Below, piece by piece: positions 19,147 through 28,950 of a DNA stretch of 64,000 nucleotides. This stretch comes from an uncultured euryarchaeote (GTDB lineage Archaea; Thermoplasmatota; Poseidoniia; Poseidoniales; Poseidoniaceae): the NCBI GenBank assembly GCA_937899865.1, contig CALBRH010000063.1, positions 79,510 to 143,509 on the forward strand, written 5' to 3'. How positions within the stretch are numbered: the first letter of the stretch is position 1; each line of letters begins with the position of its first letter. The notes below the pieces were generated by a model. It was given only the letters and a program-made list of their open reading frames with translations, was not told the DNA's origin and did not search any database. A program made the position numbers and the translations under genes.

Positions 19147-20962
19147 TTCTAGATGAGATATAACTACGCCATTTCGAGTTACCTTTTCCATCTAATTTAT
19201 TCTTTAATTCAGGTTCTACTCTTAGATCTATCACACTCACATTAACTATTCCTTCATGAGCATAACATAATTCAACATTTGATGGTTCCAATTTTGATAG
19301 TAAATTTTTCATTGATTTAATATTGCTAATTCTAACTCTATTTATTGAAATTAATTCATCTCCAGGCATGATTAAATTTCTTAGAGGGGAATCGTTTTGA
19401 TGGCTACTAACTATGACTTTACCACCTTTTTCTGATATGTTAAGTCCTAACCAAGATGATGATAACTTGGTATTTTTATCGACTTTACTCTTTAGCTTTA
19501 ATCCATAGAAATCCAATGCTTTTGCTACATCAGGTGCTGTTTTGTCAAAGATTAATTCGTCTAAATACATACCGAGGTTTCTTCCACCTTCCATATTTAC
19601 TAATTCTTTTCTTATATCTTTGTAGTCAATACCTATTCTTTCAGCATTGGGATATCCAATTGCATACTTTTCACATAATCTTACCATTAAGTTGCAGATG
19701 CCATGTTTTCCCTTCGAACGCTTTCTTAATTCTGCATCAACACAGAAAATAGCCAATTCACCTTCAAGGTAATATGAAATTTGAATTTCTCTAGAGAAGC
19801 TATGGCTTCTATAGAGGTGAATCCAAGCATCATGACTTGATTCAGCCAATGATTCATGTTCTGAACCATTTCTAATCGTATGCCTAGCAAGTTTTCTCTC
19901 CATATCTTTGCGCCAGTCTTCTTCAGACCATGCGCCAGATCTTACACAAAGCATATCTCCGAGCCATGAAGTACATCCTTCAAACCACCATAGTAAGTCT
20001 GTATGAATTTCTTGTTGTAAATCATAATCGATGAAGTTCTTTGGTCTCAGTCGCTTAACATTCCATTGATGCATGTATTCATGACTGAATAAACTGATTA
20101 AATCTCGGTATTCATCATCATGACCATCTATCAAACAAATTCTTGGCAGCATAGAGGATTGAGAGTTTAGATGCTCCAATCCTCCTCTTGATTTTTCAGT
20201 AAGATGTAGAACAGTTACGTATTCGCCCCAAACAGGTACTCCAAATAATGCATGATATTCTTTGATTATTTTTTTCATGTCTGTGATAAAACGCTCGAGC
20301 ATCTTTTGGTTTGTTGTATAATTTCCACTATCCCAAATTTTCAAAATATGGCTACGACCATCTACTTTGAAACTAATATTTTCATTAGGGTTTACCTCCA
20401 TTATTCCATCAAGCAATTCATCTCTATTTGGTGCTGAGAATACATAACAATCTGCTTGGTTTCCAATTATTGAATCAATTTCACTTTTGTAATCAGATGA
20501 AGTTAATTGAGTTGCAGGAGTCCATTTCGTTGGGCAATGAAGAATAATTTTATGTTTCATATCCATTCTTGATTTGTCAATTCCGGAAGTAGGTAGTAAG
20601 AATGTAAATGGGGGCATCATATGCAAATGACTACTATCTATATGAGTAGATCTAACTGATAGTTCTATTCCAAGTATCTTGTAATCTACGACAACATCAC
20701 TGGATAAATCAGAGATTTTAATCTCAACAGAATCTACAGCTTTTCGATTGAAGTCAATATTTTTTCCGTTTTGTTTGCAACTAATTCCCGTTAAGTATTG
20801 CATTGGCTCCCTTATGAAATATGAACCAGGAACCCAACGAGGAAATTTTAGAATTAATTTTTTACTATTGAAAGGCGGCGATACAGATACTCTAACATGC
20901 AGATATCGAGATGCTCCATCTGTGGCATCAATGGTAAAACTGACACCCGAACTGTTTGTCAT
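19139..20962 (-). CDS. M61 family (glycyl aminopeptidase-like) metallopeptidase with PDZ domain
   Basis: PRWVPGSY, GGLEH, SHEYMHQWNVKRLRP, WWFEGCTSW, SYYLEG, C-terminal PDZ (WLGL...PGDELISIN). Confidence 0.9.
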   Translation of the reverse strand: MTNSSGVSFTIDATDGASRYLHVRVSVSPPFNSKKLILKFPRWVPGSYFIREPMQYLTGISCKQNGKNIDFNRKAVDSVEIKISDLSSDVVVDYKILGIELSVRSTHIDSSHLHMMPPFTFLLPTSGIDKSRMDMKHKIILHCPTKWTPATQLTSSDYKSEIDSIIGNQADCYVFSAPNRDELLDGIMEVNPNENISFKVDGRSHILKIWDSGNYTTNQKMLERFITDMKKIIKEYHALFGVPVWGEYVTVLHLTEKSRGGLEHLNSQSSMLPRICLIDGHDDEYRDLISLFSHEYMHQWNVKRLRPKNFIDYDLQQEIHTDLLWWFEGCTSWLGDMLCVRSGAWSEEDWRKDMERKLARHTIRNGSEHESLAESSHDAWIHLYRSHSFSREIQISYYLEGELAIFCVDAELRKRSKGKHGICNLMVRLCEKYAIGYPNAERIGIDYKDIRKELVNMEGGRNLGMYLDELIFDKTAPDVAKALDFYGLKLKSKVDKNTKLSSSWLGLNISEKGGKVIVSSHQNDSPLRNLIMPGDELISINRVRISNIKSMKNLLSKLEPSNVELCYAHEGIVNVSVIDLRVEPELKNKLDGKGNSKWRSYISSRTT

Positions 20963-20964
20963 GA

Positions 20965-21966
20965 CTACACCCCATTGATGGCGGTTGAAAGGTTATGCGC
21001 TGTAATTTTAATCAAATCACTAGTTGAACTTTCTGAAATATGCTTGGCCTTTAATCTGATTGACTCTTCTTGGCAACGAGAAAATAATCTTTCAATTAAT
21101 CGACATCTTTCTATTTCATCAACTTCTTCATTGCCGATAATCTCCCAGCGTAACTTGTCTTCAGCATCTCCCTTTTTACCTTGTAACCACCTACCAACAA
21201 TAACATATTGTTGATTTTCATTTAACATCTTGATTATTTCATGATCTATAGTTTGGCAATGCTTTTGTAAAACATTGACTAGAACCTTTGTTTCAGTATT
21301 GTTGATTTTGTTAATATTTTCAATTAATTTTTTTGGGTTATTCCTAACTAAATAAGAGATTAACAATTTTATTTCAGTGCCTCTTTCTATCAAATCATCT
21401 AAAACCGTATCATCAATGTTATAATCCGATTCAATTAGTTTGCTAATGCTATATTCAACAACTTTGATGGATTCATCATCTATTGCTTGTATTAGATGTT
21501 CTTTATCTGAATATTTGCTTTTTAGTGCAACAATTTTTAATTTTTCATCCCCACTGGTAAATAATGCATCAAAGAATTTTTTTTCATTTTCAGCTTTCAA
21601 AATAAATTCTGCAGCTTTTGTTTGACAAATCAAATCATCCTTGGAGAATAATTTCTTAACAATGTCAATGTTTTCTGCTCTAAAATTTTCCAAAAGATTA
21701 GCAGCAACTCTATTGTAGTTCAAATTGTGGTGATCTATTAGAGGTTGTAAATCGGAAACATTTTTTCTAATCGACCATGTTCTAAATGCGTCAATTGCCT
21801 TGGATCTGTACCACGAATCTTTATCGTCAAGCAATGAAATAAATGCTGAAAGATTATTTTCATCATCTATCTCAAAAAGTTCTCTCACTGCTCTTCGCCT
21901 TTTTCTTTCATCCTTACTTTTGAGATTATTTATTACGGATGTAGATCTATTCGACAAATTACTCAC
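20965..21966 (-). CDS. HEAT/ARM-repeat protein
   Basis: LKSKDERKRRRAVREL, LLDDKDSWYRSKAIDAF, AIDDESIKVVEYSI repeats. Confidence 0.65.
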   Translation of the reverse strand: MSNLSNRSTSVINNLKSKDERKRRRAVRELFEIDDENNLSAFISLLDDKDSWYRSKAIDAFRTWSIRKNVSDLQPLIDHHNLNYNRVAANLLENFRAENIDIVKKLFSKDDLICQTKAAEFILKAENEKKFFDALFTSGDEKLKIVALKSKYSDKEHLIQAIDDESIKVVEYSISKLIESDYNIDDTVLDDLIERGTEIKLLISYLVRNNPKKLIENINKINNTETKVLVNVLQKHCQTIDHEIIKMLNENQQYVIVGRWLQGKKGDAEDKLRWEIIGNEEVDEIERCRLIERLFSRCQEESIRLKAKHISESSTSDLIKITAHNLSTAINGV

Positions 21967-22934
21967 CAGTCAATTTCTTCATCATCGCTAAATTCATTCC
22001 ATTTGCTAAGGTCAAAATTGGTAATCATTGGATGTAACATCACCTGAATTATTGGCCACAATCTCAAAAATGAAGGAGAGTAATGCCATAATAATTTGAC
22101 CATTGGATGTTCTGATACAGGTATGCCTCCTTCGCCAATTGGAGGTGTGTCATCTGGTAAATTGTTCAATTTAGCGACTAAATCTTGTAAACTATTAAGC
22201 TCGTCAGAATCGATAATTTCTAATTCCTCGCAAGTTTCAATCGATAATTCAATCAAATCAGCAAGTTCTTTTGGATGTAGGTGATTATTGTTTGTAGAAT
22301 CAACATCTATTGGTCCAAAACACACATTTCCTAGGTCGGTTTCAAGTTCTATATCATCTTGCAACTCAATCTTCATTAAATGTTGAGAATTTCTGTCACC
22401 TATTGGTGCTATAACAAAACCTCCATCTTCTATGCGTGATTTTATCCACTTTGGGACGGCTTCAATTTGACCAGTCATAATCACTCGATTAAATTCGCCT
22501 GGAAAAGCAACTGGTGCTATATCTAAATCTTCTATATTTCTTATATCCACAGTTGGCCAGTGAGATAGTCTTTCTTTGGCATGATTTACTACTTCTAATG
22601 ATGGATCTAAAACATTAACTCTACCATTTTCTCCCACTATCTGGGCTATTAAGGCGGCTAAATAGCCACCTTTACATCCGACGACAATGACCTCTTGTCC
22701 TTTAGATAATTCCATATGATGCAGTAATGTAATAATCATATGAGGGGCTGAAATAGTTTTGATGTTACCAGAAGTTGACTCGATATATGGAACTGGCCTA
22801 TCAGCAAAGAATGGAGCGACATCATAATCTGTAAAGTCCTCTAAATCAACATTTAGCATTGCTTTTTTAACCTCCAGCGGAACCAAAACACCTTCTTTGG
22901 AAAGGCGTCTAAGTAGGTCCGCTGTCCGCGTCAT
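21963..22934 (-). CDS. pcm: Protein-L-isoaspartate O-methyltransferase-like (start reassigned to ATG 22934)
   Basis: TISAPHM, divergent SAM motif VIVVGCKGGYLAALIA, VGENGRV, GGFVIAPIG; extra acidic C-terminal domain. Confidence 0.75.
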   Translation of the reverse strand: MTRTADLLRRLSKEGVLVPLEVKKAMLNVDLEDFTDYDVAPFFADRPVPYIESTSGNIKTISAPHMIITLLHHMELSKGQEVIVVGCKGGYLAALIAQIVGENGRVNVLDPSLEVVNHAKERLSHWPTVDIRNIEDLDIAPVAFPGEFNRVIMTGQIEAVPKWIKSRIEDGGFVIAPIGDRNSQHLMKIELQDDIELETDLGNVCFGPIDVDSTNNNHLHPKELADLIELSIETCEELEIIDSDELNSLQDLVAKLNNLPDDTPPIGEGGIPVSEHPMVKLLWHYSPSFLRLWPIIQVMLHPMITNFDLSKWNEFSDDEEIDW

Positions 22935-22971
22935 AGCAAGACTATAACCTCGTGTCTTGTAAATGATGCCA

Positions 22972-23889
22972 TCAATTTGACATTGTCTTAAATTTCTCTT
23001 CAACAATCTCATCAATAAAACTAATATTTTCTTCGTGCTCTTTAACTGCCATTTGAATCAATTCGTCATCAGTTATTTGGTCGAATTCTTCATTTTTCAT
23101 TTCAGAAATTTGTGATTTGATTGATTTTTTGATGTCATTTAATACATTAATCATATTATCAACCAAATTCGTGTCCTCGTTTTCAACTTCAAGAGAAATA
23201 GTTTCAATCAATGACTTTACCAATTTTGGATCTGTATATGATTCATCAAATGATGAAAAAATGTCATCCATTAATATTGATTCTATACGTGCTAAATGTT
23301 CAGAGATGGTGGCTCTAGCTAGTCCAATTTCGCTTGCTAAATCAGAGATTCTAGTTCTTTTAGGAATATCAAAAAATCCTCTATCATAAGCGAATTTTGC
23401 AATTTTCAGTTGCTTTGTTGATAATGCAGATTGATTGATTGTTGAATTAAAATCAAGACTTCTTGCACTAATTCTGTCAGGCTGAGCAATTAATCTTGCT
23501 AAAGTAGAAACAAGTTTGAGTTTAATTGGAGAACCTTGAATGATATAGGTTAATCCTTCTCCGTCAAGTCTACTCCCAGGTACTGAACTTGTTCCATTTG
23601 TTCTAGCATTTAGATTAGAAACGGAATGATTTAATTTGACTAATAGCAGATAGCTATCAGAATTTTCTTTTGGTTCAAGAATAATATCAAGAAGTTCAAT
23701 GAAATGTAAATCTACTAAGTCATCAGGTGATTTTCCTTCACAAAAATCCACCTTTAGAATTATTCTAATATCCTTTGGTATTCTTTTTACGTAACAAATA
23801 AACTCTGCTTGTTTGAATAAATCGGTAAGTTCTCCAATATCCAAATTCTTAATTCGAGATCTTTTCCAAAATAAGGTGACCTCTCGCAT
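22972..23889 (-). CDS. Transcriptional regulator with bacterio-opsin-activator-type HTH (HTH_10)
   Basis: LSTKQLKIAKFAYDRGFFDIPKRTRISDLASEIGLARATISEHLARIE. Confidence 0.85.
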   Translation of the reverse strand: MREVTLFWKRSRIKNLDIGELTDLFKQAEFICYVKRIPKDIRIILKVDFCEGKSPDDLVDLHFIELLDIILEPKENSDSYLLLVKLNHSVSNLNARTNGTSSVPGSRLDGEGLTYIIQGSPIKLKLVSTLARLIAQPDRISARSLDFNSTINQSALSTKQLKIAKFAYDRGFFDIPKRTRISDLASEIGLARATISEHLARIESILMDDIFSSFDESYTDPKLVKSLIETISLEVENEDTNLVDNMINVLNDIKKSIKSQISEMKNEEFDQITDDELIQMAVKEHEENISFIDEIVEEKFKTMSN

Positions 23890-23938
23890 GTAACTCCTAA
23901 AGGCATTTGTTTGATAACTTCTATTGATAAATGAATCA

Positions 23939-24574
23939 TCAATTTCTCATTTCTAACCATGCTAAAAATGAAACAATTGGTAGCAAAATAAGCAGCATTC
24001 GATTTAGTTTATTTTGATAATCATTATATTCATTTGAACTTGCAGGATTAACTTCTATAGACTTTGCTTTACGAGTTCTTCGCAAAACTCCAACTTTTTC
24101 TTCAACCCTTTTTAGAACACGATTCCTTAGTTTTGGAGATGAACTCTTGAGATTACCTCTGCCAACTATAAATTTGACAGTAGTTCGCTCTGCTAATTCA
24201 AGTGCAGCATCTACTACTCCTTCGATATTGTCAAGATTGTGCATATCAATTCTAAGATTAACTCCATCACTTGAAATGTGGCTAAGTACACGCCATTTAC
24301 CTTGTCCTTCATTAAACTGTGATAATTTTTCTCTTGCTTCAATAAGTGGTTCTTTAGTCAAAATTACAGGTCTTCGACGTCTAGCTAGAAAAGGTCCAAG
24401 AATAATTGAGAGCAAAAATGGTGGAATACACATCAATGAAACAGTTCTTTGAATATTCTCAGCATCTGTTAAGACTGAAATCGTGGCAAGGGAGAAGCCT
24501 AGGTATAGCCCTATCAATCCGCCAGCTTGAAAGCCCATTGTCAATCCTACTGGCTCCCCTTTAGCATCCTCCAT
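23939..24574 (-). CDS. Membrane protein with Smr-like domain
   Basis: Two N-terminal hydrophobic helices, IDMHNL...KFIVGRG..KSS.PKLRNRV, C-terminal hydrophobic helix. Confidence 0.6.
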   Translation of the reverse strand: MEDAKGEPVGLTMGFQAGGLIGLYLGFSLATISVLTDAENIQRTVSLMCIPPFLLSIILGPFLARRRRPVILTKEPLIEAREKLSQFNEGQGKWRVLSHISSDGVNLRIDMHNLDNIEGVVDAALELAERTTVKFIVGRGNLKSSSPKLRNRVLKRVEEKVGVLRRTRKAKSIEVNPASSNEYNDYQNKLNRMLLILLPIVSFLAWLEMRN

Positions 24575-24648
24575 GTATTATGCTGCGACTAGGGATAGAT
24601 GAACACTTTGACATCAATAATTTTTAACTATCAATTTGTGGCCCAATT

Positions 24649-25371
24649 GTGAATAAGAACGGACTCAGTTCTAGAGATCGTGAAAGGAAAGTTGGAAATT
24701 GGGTATTTTTTATTTCTAGTTTCTTTTTTCTATCTTTTTTTATTGCTCCCATGGTTTTAGACTCCGGAGAAATTCCAGAGTTAAACAATGGCCGAGCAAA
24801 TGCTTTTGATTTTGCTACCACTGATGGATTGTGGTCTAACGGTAATACAAATTCAAATGAAACATTTGCTTGGACAGAATTAGATCCATACACAGGATTT
24901 ATCTACGCATTTGGCGATTTGAATTGTCATAACAAACCAGAACGTTCAATCAAAATTAATGATAATCAAATGCCTGTTTGTACTAGAGATGTAGGAATCT
25001 TTTTTGGACTTGCAGTAGGCGGTTTTTGGTTTTCTAGAAAGGGATATAATCGTTGGACAGTTAAGGATACATGTCTTTCACTTATTCCAGATAAGTGGCT
25101 ATTAGGCACATACCAGTCAAATAGAAGAACTGTAGTTTGGCTATTATGTGGAATAATTCTTTGTTTGCCATTAATTGTTGATGGTTTTACTCAATTACTA
25201 ACTTCTTATGAATCAAACAATATTACTAGACTAATAACGGGAATTGGTTTTGGAGTTGGCTTAGGAGTTTTGATTAGTGCAGCTTACTCTGCTAGGTCCA
25301 AATTTTTCAAATCAGCAGACCAGGTATCCTTGCCAGGTGGCATGAAATTCCGCCTTGTTGAAGAAGAATGA
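24649..25371 (+). CDS. DUF2085 family membrane protein
   Basis: CHNKPERS...QMPVCTRDVGI, PLIVDGFTQLLTSYESNNITRLITG. Confidence 0.85.
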   Translation: MNKNGLSSRDRERKVGNWVFFISSFFFLSFFIAPMVLDSGEIPELNNGRANAFDFATTDGLWSNGNTNSNETFAWTELDPYTGFIYAFGDLNCHNKPERSIKINDNQMPVCTRDVGIFFGLAVGGFWFSRKGYNRWTVKDTCLSLIPDKWLLGTYQSNRRTVVWLLCGIILCLPLIVDGFTQLLTSYESNNITRLITGIGFGVGLGVLISAAYSARSKFFKSADQVSLPGGMKFRLVEEE

Positions 25372-26718
25372 TTATGGAGGAGGAGTTTTCCACCAGATAA
25401 TTAGTTCTTCTTTGGTACTTGGTATGGGGCAATTGTCATGTCCACTAGTAAGAATATTTAGTCTTTCAAAAACATCATTAATCGACTTCTTTATTTGATA
25501 AGCAGGAATTTTAGAATTGGATAAAATTTCTTCCAAAGCATTTTCCCAGTTACCTTTAGGATTTGCTCTTCTCCAAGATGATATTGAACTTCTAAGAGGC
25601 CATAGTGCCAGTGATAATCTACCAAATCCTACTCTGTCTTGTTTTAACTTGAATACTTTGGCATCGGAGAATGGTATGTGATTAAATTGTTTATTTATCC
25701 ATTTTTCTTCTTCTAACCATTTTACTAGACGTTGCGTATGTCTCTTCGTGATCATTCTATGAGGGCCGAGAAGTTTGTGCAATTTTGGTACTTCTGTAGA
25801 TCCTCCAATTAATGAAAGGGTGCCTAAAATCGACCATGATGAGAAGGAAAAGGGGTTTATTGGGACGTCAAATTCTTTTGCAGATTTTTTTGGCCAGTTA
25901 TTTTCAACAAAATCCATCCATTCTGCTGGGCTCTTTCCACTTAACCACCCTTCATGAATTGCGCTTAGATTTACTGGAGCTCCGGGAAGTCTTGTTTGAG
26001 TTTCAAGATTTCCAATCAATCTCCTAAGTAAGTATCTATCTACTTTGTCCGAATCAACATTTAATGGGGCCGGTTTTTTATTGAAGAAAGTCCTCAATGT
26101 TTCAGCAAGTTTTTTTCTTAAATCATCCAATCCAGATTCATTCAAAATAGGTCCAACAACTTGACATTTATCAAATGGTTCTGATACTGTAATTTTTCCT
26201 GACAATAGTTCACTGAAGCCCTTTCTTATTTTCTTCTGTATCTCGGTAGTTTCAAAATACTCCTGCTTATTGCTCGTCATTCTCAAGGTTCCAGAACGAA
26301 TTCTTTTCATTGCTTTCTCTGGATCGCAATCTATCCAAATAACCAAATCTGGTATCATTGCAGCAGAATTCATTTTTACTACATCATCAATACCTAGAGC
26401 TCCAACTATTCCTTGGTAAATCAAAGAAGAATGGATATTTCTATCTGAAATTACAACATGTCCTTTGTCTAGTAATGGTTTGATAAAAGTATGAGAATGA
26501 TCTAATCTATCAGCTGCGAAAAGGCCGGCTTCTTCTAATGGTGTTTTGTCACCTTTCATAACAGAAGAAAGTGCAAGCTTTCCAAGTTCGCTATGTCTTC
26601 TAGGTTCATGTGTTGAGTGAATCTTTGGAAATGGAAAGTTTGCAAGTAATTCTCCAATAATTCTAGCAGCCTCTCCTTTACCAGAACCATCACCTCCCTC
26701 GACCGAGATAAGATACAT
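25372..26718 (-). CDS. tmk: Thymidylate kinase with ~220-aa C-terminal extension
   Basis: ISVEGGDGSGKG, THEP, LFAADRLDH, VISDRNIHSSLIYQG, PDLVIWID. Confidence 0.88.
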   Translation of the reverse strand: MYLISVEGGDGSGKGEAARIIGELLANFPFPKIHSTHEPRRHSELGKLALSSVMKGDKTPLEEAGLFAADRLDHSHTFIKPLLDKGHVVISDRNIHSSLIYQGIVGALGIDDVVKMNSAAMIPDLVIWIDCDPEKAMKRIRSGTLRMTSNKQEYFETTEIQKKIRKGFSELLSGKITVSEPFDKCQVVGPILNESGLDDLRKKLAETLRTFFNKKPAPLNVDSDKVDRYLLRRLIGNLETQTRLPGAPVNLSAIHEGWLSGKSPAEWMDFVENNWPKKSAKEFDVPINPFSFSSWSILGTLSLIGGSTEVPKLHKLLGPHRMITKRHTQRLVKWLEEEKWINKQFNHIPFSDAKVFKLKQDRVGFGRLSLALWPLRSSISSWRRANPKGNWENALEEILSNSKIPAYQIKKSINDVFERLNILTSGHDNCPIPSTKEELIIWWKTPPP

Positions 26719-26720
26719 GT

Positions 26721-27569
26721 TTAATCCTCAGCAGTATAGTCTTCATATTGATCTTGTACAATACTATTGAGTGCCATTCCTGAAAGAATTAGAATAGGAC
26801 CTATCCAAATCAATCCTCTACTGAACAGGGCAATGCCAGCTAGATATTGAGTGCGACGATATTTATTTCCACGCCTAACCTCAACCGATGCCTGAATCCC
26901 AACAAAACCAGTTATAATAGTAAAAATTGCCAAGAATGTAGAGAGTGCTACTGATGCTTCAAGTGACCATCCACCATCGCCACTAACAGCATTCTCTTGA
27001 ATAATATTTGAAGAATTACCTTCAACCATAGTAAATGGGGAGATTAAACCATTTTCCGCTCTAAATGTTCTTTCTACAGAGTCATATCCTGATATTACCA
27101 CTCTTAATTTCATAATTTCGGGTTTTACATTGTCAAATTGGAAGTAGCCATTTTCATCTGAACTTTCTGTTTGAATCACAATTACACTTTTGTCTTCATA
27201 TAATTCAATTGTTGCATTCTCTAATATCACTCCATCAATAGTCAGGACTTGACCAGTTATATCAACAGTCTCGGCTTCATTAAACAGTGAAGAATTCAGT
27301 AATTCATCAGGATTACCTTGTAGTAAGATACCTCCGCTAACAATCCCCAATATGCTGCCAATAAGGACTAAAATTGCAACAATCATCCTCAAACGTTCTC
27401 TTTCGTCATAGTCTAAGTCAATCATTGGCTTAACTACAATTTCACGTTCTTCTGTATTATTTGACAAATCAGGCAAATCTGGTGAAGAATCACCTTCTTT
27501 CGCTTCGATTTGCTCTTGAACGCGCTCCCTTAACGCCGCTCTTCGCTCTTCGAAACTTTTCTCCGACAT
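26721..27569 (-). CDS. Membrane protein with carboxypeptidase-regulatory-like (prealbumin-fold) domain (start reassigned to ATG 27569)
   Basis: TM helix, ITGQVLTIDG...SDENGYFQFDNV...GYD, C-terminal TM helices. Confidence 0.65.
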   Translation of the reverse strand: MSEKSFEERRAALRERVQEQIEAKEGDSSPDLPDLSNNTEEREIVVKPMIDLDYDERERLRMIVAILVLIGSILGIVSGGILLQGNPDELLNSSLFNEAETVDITGQVLTIDGVILENATIELYEDKSVIVIQTESSDENGYFQFDNVKPEIMKLRVVISGYDSVERTFRAENGLISPFTMVEGNSSNIIQENAVSGDGGWSLEASVALSTFLAIFTIITGFVGIQASVEVRRGNKYRRTQYLAGIALFSRGLIWIGPILILSGMALNSIVQDQYEDYTAED

Positions 27570-27643
27570 CACAAAGCCTCCCGAATAAATACCCCTTGAG
27601 GTGCGCGGATAATACCTCTTCCCCCAAATGTCCGCGCACAATG

Positions 27644-28864
27644 TTACAGTTTTAGACTAATATCTGCCATCAAAATAAGTACTAATATAAACGATACAAT
27701 AATGATCGATATATAGCCTACAGCCCTACTTTTTTCAATATTTTTCTGGGTGGAATAATCTAAATTCGAATCAGAATTTATAGTTGGATTATTATCTAAT
27801 TCGACATTATTTACCTGAGACGGCTCTAAAGTCCACGCCGATGATTTCAATCCAATCTCCAGTATATTACCAATTAATCCAAGAGACTCAGCACTGACTT
27901 TGTCTGCAGTATCCTCATGAGTATGCCAATATCCTCCCCAACGTTCAGCATCTTCTCCGTAATTTATATCGATGAAATTAATTGCAGGTATTCCTGCTTC
28001 ATGAGCAGGCACATGATCGTCAATAACACCTCTAGTTCTATTTGGATTGAATATTTCAATACCATATTCTCCATTACAATCAGTTTCTTCTTCCATCATC
28101 CCTAATGCAGCGGTGATTGGGACAATAGTTTCCCATAGTTGATTGGAAGTATCGGTAACTTTGGTAAAATCAAGGTACTTGTCACCAATCATATCGATAA
28201 CAATGTATGCAGAAATGTTTTCCTTGTAGCTTTCAGTAAGGTTTTCTACCCAAGCATATGCTCCATATGACCATGTTAGAGGGTATCCTCCACCAGGTAT
28301 TCCTTGATCTTCTGCATCAGAGAAAAATAGTGTGACATCATGATTTAGGTTCATTTGAGGAATTATTTTTCCTAGTTCAATTAATACGGCTACCCCGCTT
28401 CCACCATCATTCGCGCCATCTATGGGCTTGTCCCTCATTGACTCATTTTCGTCTCGCTCTGCCATGTATCTTGAATCATAATGAGCGACAAAAACAACAT
28501 TTTGACCGGTTGAGTTCAACGGGCTAAAAGTTCCAACAAGATTTGTGAGGGTGAAATTTTCTCTTTGATGACTTGATTCTTCAAATGTCCAATCAGATAA
28601 GTTTTCAATTATTGAAGTTCTAAGATTTTGTGACGCATTTGAACCAGGTAGCCTTGGTCCTAAATCTGTCTGCCAAGTAATTGAAGCATTAGCAGAATTG
28701 CTATCGAATGATAAATCATCAATAAATTCACAGGGGTCGCTCCCTTGATATTCGTAATCAGAAATTTCTGAACTAGTTGAACTTAATATGCACGAAAATA
28801 GCATTGAAATTAATAAAAAAGCCGCAACTGAACGGCTTTTCGATTGAGCGCAACATGTGAGCAT
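27644..28864 (-). CDS. M28 family peptidase / glutaminyl-cyclase-like, secreted and C-terminally anchored
   Basis: AHYDSR, GANDGGSG, DAED, DMIGD, DDHVP, WHTHEDT; signal peptide and C-terminal TM. Confidence 0.88.
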   Translation of the reverse strand: MLTCCAQSKSRSVAAFLLISMLFSCILSSTSSEISDYEYQGSDPCEFIDDLSFDSNSANASITWQTDLGPRLPGSNASQNLRTSIIENLSDWTFEESSHQRENFTLTNLVGTFSPLNSTGQNVVFVAHYDSRYMAERDENESMRDKPIDGANDGGSGVAVLIELGKIIPQMNLNHDVTLFFSDAEDQGIPGGGYPLTWSYGAYAWVENLTESYKENISAYIVIDMIGDKYLDFTKVTDTSNQLWETIVPITAALGMMEEETDCNGEYGIEIFNPNRTRGVIDDHVPAHEAGIPAINFIDINYGEDAERWGGYWHTHEDTADKVSAESLGLIGNILEIGLKSSAWTLEPSQVNNVELDNNPTINSDSNLDYSTQKNIEKSRAVGYISIIIVSFILVLILMADISLKL

Positions 28865-28950
28865 TATAGAATCCTAATAGACTGACCCTTAAATACTTCT
28901 TTTTTACTGCTCAATTTGAATGCAATAACGCATTTAGTGGGATTTGAAAT

